DNA of 24,000 bases from Lutibacter oricola (lineage in GTDB: Bacteria; Bacteroidota; Bacteroidia; Flavobacteriales; Flavobacteriaceae). The notes beneath the pieces are model-generated. The model did no database searches. It worked only from the letters and a program-made list of their open reading frames with translations, and was not told the origin of the DNA. Made by a program: the position numbers and the translations under genes. Location: the NCBI RefSeq assembly GCF_900106565.1, contig NZ_FNNJ01000002.1, positions 486,786 through 510,785 of the forward strand. Reading direction: 5' to 3'. Below, piece after piece: positions 9,486-16,447 of this stretch (positions within the stretch are counted from its first letter, which is position 1; each line of letters starts with the position of its first letter).

Positions 9486-10619
9486 ATGAAAATAGGTATT
9501 GTATGTTATCCAACATTTGGAGGTAGTGGAGTAGTAGCTACAGAATTAGGAATGGCATTGGCACAAAAAGGTCATCACGTTCATTTTATAACATATAAAC
9601 AACCTGTTAGACTAGATTTTATTACAAATAACATTCATTTTCACGAAGTATTTGTTGAAGAATACCCTTTATTTCAATTTCAACCATACGAGTTAGCTCT
9701 ATCAAGTAAAATGGTAGAAGTTGTAGAAATGTACGATTTGGAAATACTACACGTACATTACGCAATACCACACGCATATGCCGCTTATATGGCTAAACAA
9801 ATGCTAAAAGAAAAGGGCATAAATATTAAGGTTGTAACTACATTACACGGTACAGATATTACTTTGGTTGGTAGCCACCCAAATTATAAAAGTGCTGTAG
9901 AATTTAGCATTAATAATTCTGATGTTGTTACAACAGTTTCAGAAAGTTTAAAACAAGATACTTTAAGACTTTTTAATATAAGTAAAGAAATTCATGTAAT
10001 TTATAATTTTATAGATTTTGAAAAATACCCAGAAATTGGTACAGAAGAATGTCAAAGAAGTACTATAGCTAATAAAAATGAACGAATTATAACGCATATA
10101 AGTAATTTACGCCCAGTAAAACGTGCGTGGGATGTAATGGATGTATTTTATAAAATTCAAAAAGAAGTTCCTTCAAAATTATTATTAGTAGGTGAAGGAC
10201 CAGATAGAGAACGAATAGAGTGCCAAGCCAAAGATTTAGGTATTTTAGACCGTGTTTTATTTATGGGTAACAGTAATGAAGTTAATAAATTACTTTGTTA
10301 TTCAGATTTGTTTTTATTGCCTTCAGAAACAGAAAGTTTTGGATTAGCCGCGTTAGAAGCAATGGCAGCTAGAACACCAGTTATCTCTTCAAATTCAGGA
10401 GGATTGCCAGAAGTTAACATTCAAGGTGTTACCGGGTTTTTAAGCAATGTTGGAGATACCGACGATATGGCAAAAAACGGTATTCACATTCTAAAAAAAC
10501 AAGATAGATTAGAAGTATTTAAGCAAAACGCATTAAAGCAAGCTGAAAGATTTAGTTTACCAAACGTATTACCTTCTTATAAAGAGGTTTATAGAGAGTT
10601 AATTACAGATTGTTGTTAA
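9486..10619 (+). CDS. bshA: GT4 glycosyltransferase, N-acetyl-alpha-D-glucosaminyl L-malate synthase BshA (bacillithiol biosynthesis)
   Basis: 377-aa ORF with the characteristic BshA N-terminus MKIGIVCYPTFGGSGVVATELG. It also has the GT4 E-x7-E region ETESFGLAALEAMAARTPVISSNSGGLPEV. Confidence 0.8.
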   Translation: MKIGIVCYPTFGGSGVVATELGMALAQKGHHVHFITYKQPVRLDFITNNIHFHEVFVEEYPLFQFQPYELALSSKMVEVVEMYDLEILHVHYAIPHAYAAYMAKQMLKEKGINIKVVTTLHGTDITLVGSHPNYKSAVEFSINNSDVVTTVSESLKQDTLRLFNISKEIHVIYNFIDFEKYPEIGTEECQRSTIANKNERIITHISNLRPVKRAWDVMDVFYKIQKEVPSKLLLVGEGPDRERIECQAKDLGILDRVLFMGNSNEVNKLLCYSDLFLLPSETESFGLAALEAMAARTPVISSNSGGLPEVNIQGVTGFLSNVGDTDDMAKNGIHILKKQDRLEVFKQNALKQAERFSLPNVLPSYKEVYRELITDCC

Positions 10620-11683
10620 GCTAAATAATAATCTAAAGCATCAATTAAAAGATTTTTTTCAACTTTACAATCAAACTTATATTTTTCGTAATCAGTAAGT
10701 AATACAAAGTTTACTTGGCCACCAACATTTTTCTTATCGTGAATTAAGTATTCCAAAATTGGTTCGTAATCCTCTTTTATAATTGGAGCTTTCGGATAAA
10801 TTTGTAGTAATTGATTTTTAATATATTCTAGGTTTTTAGTTGGAAAACCAAGTAGTTTATCTGATAGATAAGCTTCAGTAATCATACCTATAGCAATAGC
10901 TTCGCCGTGAGTTAATTTTTCTTTAGCATCACTATCTAAAAAGTACGATTCAATTGCGTGCCCTAAAGTATGACCGTAATTTAAAACTTTACGTATTCCA
11001 CCTTCTCTAGGGTCTTCTGTCACAACTTCATTTTTAATTTCAATAGAACGGTGAATTAAACCTTCAATATTACTGATGGAAAGTTCATCAAAATCATTAA
11101 CGTTGTTCCAAATATTAACATCGTAAGTAAGTCCGTATTTAATAATTTCAGCTAAACCAGAACGTAATTCTCTTTCGGTAATAGTATGCAAAAATAATGG
11201 ATCTATTAAAACCATTTCAGGGTCAGAAAATAATCCTATCTGATTTTTTAAAACACCCAAATCAACACCGGTTTTTCCACCAACAGAAGCATCAACCATA
11301 CTTAATAGCGTAGTTGGAATATTTACAAAAGAAATACCTCTTTTAAAAGTTGAAGCTACAAAACCACCTAAATCTGTAATAACACCACCACCAAGGTTTA
11401 TAAGTAAGCTTTTTCTGTCAGCTCCTAACTCGGTTAAAGCATTCCAGACACCAGTACAAGTGTCTAAATTTTTATTCTCTTCACCAGCCTCAATTTCAAT
11501 TATTTCAATAGCCTTTGTTGTAGCTATTTGTTGAAGTAAAATAGGTAAGCAATTTTCATTCGTATTTTCATCAACTAGAATAAAAATTGTTGATGGATTT
11601 TTTTGCAAAATTAAGTCGTTTAATTTAGCGTAAGCTTCCTCTTTAAAATTAACAAAGTAGTTATTTGATAATATTGGTGTCAT
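10616..11683 (-). CDS. aroB: 3-dehydroquinate synthase
   Basis: Carries the glycine-rich NAD motif GGGVITDLGGFVASTFKRG, the GGKTGVD motif and metal-binding histidines (GHTLGHAIE). The track ORF begins at a TTG (11704). I prefer the in-frame ATG at 11683 (MTPILSNNY...). Confidence 0.9.
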   Translation of the reverse strand: MTPILSNNYFVNFKEEAYAKLNDLILQKNPSTIFILVDENTNENCLPILLQQIATTKAIEIIEIEAGEENKNLDTCTGVWNALTELGADRKSLLINLGGGVITDLGGFVASTFKRGISFVNIPTTLLSMVDASVGGKTGVDLGVLKNQIGLFSDPEMVLIDPLFLHTITERELRSGLAEIIKYGLTYDVNIWNNVNDFDELSISNIEGLIHRSIEIKNEVVTEDPREGGIRKVLNYGHTLGHAIESYFLDSDAKEKLTHGEAIAIGMITEAYLSDKLLGFPTKNLEYIKNQLLQIYPKAPIIKEDYEPILEYLIHDKKNVGGQVNFVLLTDYEKYKFDCKVEKNLLIDALDYYLA

Positions 11684-11744
11684 TTTGGATAAAATTTGCC
11701 GCAAATTAAACAGAAAAAAACAAATTAATAAATATTTTGTGAAG

Positions 11745-11752
11745 TATATTTG
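11745..11752 (+). promoter_or_regulatory. Bacteroidota -7 promoter box candidate for the proline dehydrogenase gene
   Basis: Exact TATATTTG (TAnnTTTG) 18 nt upstream of the ATG at 11770. Confidence 0.35.
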
Positions 11753-11769
11753 TTTAAAGACAGTTTATA

Positions 11770-12936
11770 ATGGATAAAATATTTAATAACACCGAAATAG
11801 CCTTTGCGTTAAAGACTAACGTTGAGTTAGATAGAGCTTTCTATTTATTTGAAATGATAAAACGAGAACCTTTAGTAAAAATTGGTACTGTAATGACCAA
11901 GTTTGCTTTAAAAACCCACTTACCTGTTGAAGGAATTATAAGGGCTACAGTTTTTGATCATTTTTGTGGTGGAGTTACTGAAGAAGATTGTATGACTGTT
12001 ATTGAAAAAATGTACACTAAAAGAGTACATTCTGTATTAGATTATTCTGCTGAAGGAAAAGAAGACGAGCAAATGTTTGATTTAACAATGGAAAAAACGT
12101 TAAACAACATTAAGTTTGGTAAAGAAAAGAATAGTGTGCCTTTTGCTGTATTTAAGCCTAGTGGATTTGGACGATTTAAAATTTATCAGAAAATTACAGA
12201 AGGAAAAGAACTTGATGCACACGAAACTGTAGAGTGGAAGCGTATAAAAGAACGTTATGATATTGTTTGCAAAGCTGCTTTTGATAGAGATGTTCCTTTG
12301 TTAATAGATGCAGAAGAAAGCTGGATGCAAACTGCAGCTGATGATTTAATTGAAGAAATGATGATGAAATACAATAAAACAAAAGTTATTGTATTTGGAA
12401 CACTTCAATTATATCGTTGGGATAGATTAGACTATCTTAAAAGCCTTCATAATAGAGCAAATGAACAAGGCTTTAAAATAGGTATGAAGCTAGTTAGAGG
12501 TGCTTATATGGAAAAAGAGCGCGAACGCGCAGAGAAAAAAGGTTATAAATCTCCTATTTGTGCTACAAAGCAAGACACAGATAATATGTATAATGAAGTA
12601 ATGACGTATATGTTTAAAAACATTGATAATATGGCGTTATTTGCTGGTACTCATAATGAAGAAAGTTCTTATTTATTAATGGATTTATTAGCTAAATCTG
12701 GTGTAGATAAGGACGATACTAGAGTATGGTTTGGGCAATTATATGGTATGAGTGATCATATTAGTTACAATTTATCTTCACACAATTATAATGTAGCCAA
12801 ATATTTACCTTATGGCCCCGTAAGAGATGTTATGCCGTATTTAATTAGAAGGGCAGAAGAGAATACATCCGTTGCAGGGCAAACAAGTAGAGAGCTAAAT
12901 TTACTAAAAACAGAGAGAAAACGACGAAAGTTATAA
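11770..12936 (+). CDS. Proline dehydrogenase family protein (monofunctional, PutA-type catalytic barrel)
   Basis: 388-aa ORF. Sequence blocks such as FDHFCGG, SVLDYSAEG, IDAEESWMQ, KLVRGAYMEKER, FAGTHNE and YLIRRAEENTS match the stand-alone ProDH family. Confidence 0.8.
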   Translation: MDKIFNNTEIAFALKTNVELDRAFYLFEMIKREPLVKIGTVMTKFALKTHLPVEGIIRATVFDHFCGGVTEEDCMTVIEKMYTKRVHSVLDYSAEGKEDEQMFDLTMEKTLNNIKFGKEKNSVPFAVFKPSGFGRFKIYQKITEGKELDAHETVEWKRIKERYDIVCKAAFDRDVPLLIDAEESWMQTAADDLIEEMMMKYNKTKVIVFGTLQLYRWDRLDYLKSLHNRANEQGFKIGMKLVRGAYMEKERERAEKKGYKSPICATKQDTDNMYNEVMTYMFKNIDNMALFAGTHNEESSYLLMDLLAKSGVDKDDTRVWFGQLYGMSDHISYNLSSHNYNVAKYLPYGPVRDVMPYLIRRAEENTSVAGQTSRELNLLKTERKRRKL

Positions 12937-13108
12937 GGTAAAACTAAAAAGAGGTTAATATTTACACCTTAAGAAATACTAACATTAACACTTTCTTACA
13001 ATTCTTAATCTTTTAATGTTGTTGAAAATTCGAATTTTGAAACTTTACTTTTATACTAAAGTATGGAATTAAAATAATTCAATTTTATGAAGAATTAGTA
13101 GTTTTCAG

Positions 13109-14431
13109 TTAATCTTCGTCCTCTAAAGCGCGTTCTAAAAGCTTATCATTAAAGTTTTTAGAGCCTTTGGCACCTAATTTTTTAATGTTTTCCACTTTTC
13201 GAATTAGGTTACCATTACCAGTTAATTTTTTCATAGTTCCATCATAAGAGCCTTGCACAGTTTTTAGCTGATTTCCAACCTTAATAAGGTCGTTTGTTAA
13301 ATTCACAAATTGATCGTACAATCTACCCGCTTGTAATGCTATGTCTTGTGCGTTTCTTTGTTGTTTTTCATTATTCCACATACTATCAATAGTACGTAAA
13401 GTAGCTAAAAGCGTAGTTGGTGTAACAATAACTATATTTTTCTCAAATGCTTTGTTATACAGTTGGTTATCTTTATTCAGTGCAGCTGCAAACGCAGGCT
13501 CAATAGGTATAAATAACAATACAAAATCAGGAGAATCAATATCATATATATCTTGATATTTCTTTTCGCTTAATTGTTCAATATGTCTTTTTAAAGAGTT
13601 TACGTGTTCTTTTATTGCAATTTCTTTAGTTTCATCGGTATCAGCATTTACATATTGCTCATAAGCAGTAAGTGAAACTTTAGAATCAATAATCATCTTT
13701 TTTTCATCTGGTAAATGAATTACCACATCAGGTAGTATTCTTTTTCCTTCTTCATTTGTAAAGCTTTGTTGTACAAAATACTCGCTATCTTTCTCTAAAC
13801 CAGATTTTTCCAAAACACGTTCTAATACTAATTCTCCCCAGTTTCCTTGGGTTTTACTATCTCCTTTTAATGCTTTGGTTAAATTAATAGCCTCTTTACT
13901 CATTTGTAAATTCAGCTCTTTTAAACCAAGTAGTTGTTCTTTTAAAGCAGAGTGCATCCCTATACTTTCCTTTTGGGTGTCTTCAACTTTCTTTTCAAAT
14001 GTTTGAATTTTTTCTTGAAGCGGATTTAATATAGATTTTATGTTTTCTTTGTTCTGTTCTGTAAACTTAGACGATTTTTCTTCTAGTATTTTATTAGCTA
14101 AAATTTCAAAATCCTTCGTAAATTTTTCTTGTAGTTTTGAAACTTCTTCTTTATTTGAATCTAATTTTTCTTGTAAAGAATTTAATGCAGAATTTCGTTC
14201 AGCTAGAGTAATATCTAATTGATGTTTCTCTCCTGAAACTGATTCAATTGTGTGTTTTAACTCTTTAATAGTGTTAAAATTAGTGTCTTTTTCTTGAAGT
14301 AATAGTTTGCTTTTAGTTTCAAGTTCAGAAATTACTTTCTCATAACTATTTTTGGTTAAAAGTTTACCAATAACATATCCAATTACAGCAAAAAGAACTG
14401 CAATAATTCCAAAAATTAAATAGTTGTTCAT
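13109..14431 (-). CDS. rmuC: DNA recombination protein RmuC
   Basis: 440-aa ORF with an N-terminal transmembrane helix and a long coiled-coil. The C-terminal RmuC nuclease-like domain shows GNWGELVLERVLE...PDVVIHLP...IIDSKVSLTAY...FVLLFIP. Confidence 0.85.
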   Translation of the reverse strand: MNNYLIFGIIAVLFAVIGYVIGKLLTKNSYEKVISELETKSKLLLQEKDTNFNTIKELKHTIESVSGEKHQLDITLAERNSALNSLQEKLDSNKEEVSKLQEKFTKDFEILANKILEEKSSKFTEQNKENIKSILNPLQEKIQTFEKKVEDTQKESIGMHSALKEQLLGLKELNLQMSKEAINLTKALKGDSKTQGNWGELVLERVLEKSGLEKDSEYFVQQSFTNEEGKRILPDVVIHLPDEKKMIIDSKVSLTAYEQYVNADTDETKEIAIKEHVNSLKRHIEQLSEKKYQDIYDIDSPDFVLLFIPIEPAFAAALNKDNQLYNKAFEKNIVIVTPTTLLATLRTIDSMWNNEKQQRNAQDIALQAGRLYDQFVNLTNDLIKVGNQLKTVQGSYDGTMKKLTGNGNLIRKVENIKKLGAKGSKNFNDKLLERALEDED

Positions 14432-14473
14432 ATCGTTTTGTTATTTTGTAAAAGTAAGAAAATATACTAACTC

Positions 14474-15976
14474 TTAATCTTTTTTTGAATTAGAAAATTC
14501 ATACTTCAATATTGTTTTTTGAAGTATTTTCCAATGATTTCTTAATTGTCTTTTTATTTCAGGAGCATCGAGCTCATCTGCAGCTCTATATGCATATCGT
14601 AAATAATTGCCTCTAAATTTTCGCTGAAAAGGAGTTGTAATTGCTTTTTCTTTTACAAACTCGGTTCTTGTTGAAGGTATAAGTCTTGATTTAACACCTT
14701 TAAAACTATATAACCTATATATTTTCCGTTTAAAAATAGGGGCGTCATCTAATAAATATTTTTCTTTTTGAATTTCAACTCTTTTATGTTTTCTTTTTAT
14801 AGATTCTTTCATTGTTCTATAAAACTTTGCTAAGTTCTTAGATTTTAGTAAAGTTTGATATCCATAAAACTCAAAACCTAAATAATTTAAAGGAATATTT
14901 TTAATTAAGCTATCTTCTTCAATTTTATAGGATTGCAATCTATTGTTATCAATTTTGAAAAGTGATTTTTCTGTTTTCTCAAATGATACTTTTAAATCAA
15001 TCTTATTAATTTCCTCTTCAACAACCTTTTCAATGATTGAAATTTGATCTTTTTTGCATATAACAACAATATCGTCAGAATATCTTCTATAAAATACGTT
15101 ATGTTTTAAAGTTAATCTTTCAATAATAGCTTCATCAAAAGAAAGCATATAAATATTAGCTAAAAGTGCGCTAATAGGTAATCCCTGTGGAATTCCAATT
15201 AATTTACCATCCTTTTTAACTTGGTTTTTATGAATTATTATATCAGAATCAATTAAATCTTTGATACTTTCAAAAAAAGTGTGTTTTCCTATTCTTTTTA
15301 ATCTAGCTAATTCTTTTTCATCAAAATGACCATTTTTAGTTTTCAAATCTTTCAGTTTTACATAAGAAAACCTTGTTATAGCTTTGAATAAATTGTAATG
15401 ATCTTTTGGTAACGTTTTAGTTCCTAATAATTTTGACCAAGCAAGTTTTAACTTTTTATGATTTAAGGTAGGGAAGAAGTTCTCAATATCTAAAACTAAG
15501 GCAACACAGTTTTGTCTTTTTTTAATCTCATTAAATACATCTTTAGCAAAGTGGACATTGTTTTTGAATTTAACTTTATCATCTGTTTCAATTTGTCTAT
15601 AAGCTGTAATTGAATTAGATAACTCAAAGTTTTTACTTAAATATTCTTCGTATTTGGGAGTAATTATTTGTTGTGCATAATATGAATATATGTGGGCATC
15701 AATATGAGAGGCATATAGAATCTTTCTTATTTTTGAATTAGAAACTATTTTATCATTTTCAATTTTTTTATGAGAACGTTTTATTTCTCCATTAAAATTA
15801 GATGTTTTATACCTTCTTTGCTTAATTTCTTTATAAATAAGAGGTGAAAAAGAATGCTTCGTAACTTTTTTAGAATTTGAAACATAATATAATACTCTTT
15901 TTCTAACTGATAATGGTGTTTTGTTAGAAAAATGAGGATATCCTCTGTCTTTAAACCAGTCTTTTTCTTTTATCAT
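14474..15976 (-). CDS. Stand-alone reverse transcriptase (RNA-directed DNA polymerase), UG/Abi or defence-associated (DRT-like) type; clade not assignable by eye
   Basis: All RT motifs are intact. Motif A is LVLDIENFFPTLNH (DIENFF at 15473..15490). Motif B is IPQGLPISALLANIYM (15171..15194). Motif C is RRYSDDIVVI (YSDD at 15071..15082). Motif E is NYLGFEF. The preferred start is the ATG at 15976 (MIKEKDWFKDRGYPHF), giving 500 aa. The track ORF extends 20 low-complexity codons further, to 16036. There is no maturase X/En domain, no retron VTG motif and no fused effector domain. Confidence 0.9.
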   Translation of the reverse strand: MIKEKDWFKDRGYPHFSNKTPLSVRKRVLYYVSNSKKVTKHSFSPLIYKEIKQRRYKTSNFNGEIKRSHKKIENDKIVSNSKIRKILYASHIDAHIYSYYAQQIITPKYEEYLSKNFELSNSITAYRQIETDDKVKFKNNVHFAKDVFNEIKKRQNCVALVLDIENFFPTLNHKKLKLAWSKLLGTKTLPKDHYNLFKAITRFSYVKLKDLKTKNGHFDEKELARLKRIGKHTFFESIKDLIDSDIIIHKNQVKKDGKLIGIPQGLPISALLANIYMLSFDEAIIERLTLKHNVFYRRYSDDIVVICKKDQISIIEKVVEEEINKIDLKVSFEKTEKSLFKIDNNRLQSYKIEEDSLIKNIPLNYLGFEFYGYQTLLKSKNLAKFYRTMKESIKRKHKRVEIQKEKYLLDDAPIFKRKIYRLYSFKGVKSRLIPSTRTEFVKEKAITTPFQRKFRGNYLRYAYRAADELDAPEIKRQLRNHWKILQKTILKYEFSNSKKD

Positions 15977-16447
15977 AGCTTTAAATAAAAAGTAAAAAAG
16001 TTCTCGCACGTATTTACAACAAAATAAAACGTACATCTTTTGAAGATTGAACCATTAGCCAAATTCTCGACTCACGCTGCATTTATACGTTAATATATCC
16101 TAATGAACTAGAAATAATATCAATTATGAAGCAAATAAGTTTAATTACCTCTGTGATACAAACAGTTCTCCAATTTCTTGACCTAAAGGTGAAAGAATGG
16201 CATAGAATTTGTAACTTTGTATTTGAATTAGTTTCTTATGCAACGGTGCTTAAGACATTAATTCAAATGATTACATCTTACCTAATCACCATATTTATTA
16301 ACCCTTTTATAATAAAAGGTTGGATTAAGTGATTGAAATTAATCAATACAATAGTTCAACAAATGTTTTATTTTCTTTAACTAAAGAACTTTCTTACTTT
16401 ATACTGTAAATTTAAGATTTTTAATTAATTTTATAGAAAAATTTGGT
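15977..16447 (-). ncRNA. Candidate RT-associated non-coding RNA/leader region (hypothetical; boundaries unknown)
   Basis: A 471-bp gap sits directly upstream of the RT in a genome whose other intergenic gaps are 3-250 bp. It contains several short hairpins: 16035-16047, 16175-16197, 16303-16319 and 16373-16388. The composite stem 16245-16254/16281-16290 has one position that is G.U only in the RT-sense transcript and A.C in the opposite sense. It also shows atypical stop-codon depletion. I recognised no consensus promoter. Confidence 0.3.
16126..16332 (+). CDS. Hypothetical 68-aa hydrophobic small protein (possible membrane peptide), antisense to the RT leader; may not be a real gene
   Basis: ORF MKQISLITSVIQTVLQFLDL...ICNFVFELVSYATVLKTLIQMITSYLITIFINPFII. 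Its frame is stop-free for 93 codons (16051..16329) in DNA of roughly 25% GC. I found no recognisable promoter or RBS. Confidence 0.25.
   Translation: MKQISLITSVIQTVLQFLDLKVKEWHRICNFVFELVSYATVLKTLIQMITSYLITIFINPFIIKGWIK

Noticed and set aside
10616-10619. Convergent bshA and aroB genes overlap by 4 nt with interlocked stop codons (TGTTAAGC)
   Set aside because: The overlap is real in the sequence. Tail-to-tail overlaps of a few nt are common in compact genomes and need no special explanation.
11684-11704. TTG-initiated 7-codon extension of aroB
   Set aside because: An in-frame ATG at 11683 gives a normal AroB N-terminus. The extension has no support.
12194-12382. 62-aa minus-strand ORF inside the proline dehydrogenase gene
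   Set aside because: It is an antisense shadow ORF.
13025-13038. Perfect 14-nt palindrome AAAATTCGAATTTT between the proline dehydrogenase and rmuC 3' ends
   Set aside because: It has no loop, is AT-rich and sits in a convergent 3' intergenic region. It is most likely chance or a weak terminator component, and there is no second copy in the window.
13341-14222. Two plus-strand ORFs (13341..13556 and 14040..14222) inside rmuC
   Set aside because: Both are antisense to the RmuC frame, and their Ser/Phe/Leu-rich translations are typical of AT-rich shadow frames.
15977-16036. 20-codon N-terminal extension of the RT ORF (MYVLFCCKYVRELFYFLFKA)
   Set aside because: The peptide is implausible, rich in Phe/Cys/Tyr, and lies upstream of a good ATG (MIKEKDWF...). 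It probably belongs to the leader rather than the protein, although the true start is unverified.
14432-16447. Group II intron hypothesis for the RT (a GTGCG pentamer occurs in RT-sense at ~16004-16008)
   Set aside because: GUGYG would have to lie ~500-600 nt upstream of the ORF, ahead of domains I-III. Here it is ~25 nt from the ATG. Only 42 nt follow the stop codon, which leaves no room for domains V/VI. The protein also lacks maturase X and endonuclease domains.
14474-16447. Retron hypothesis (msr/msd upstream of the RT)
   Set aside because: The RT lacks the retron-typical VTG and NAxxH motifs and is much longer at the N-terminus. I could not find the long a1/a2 inverted repeats flanking an msr-msd unit in the leader. 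A covariance-model scan would be needed to exclude it fully.
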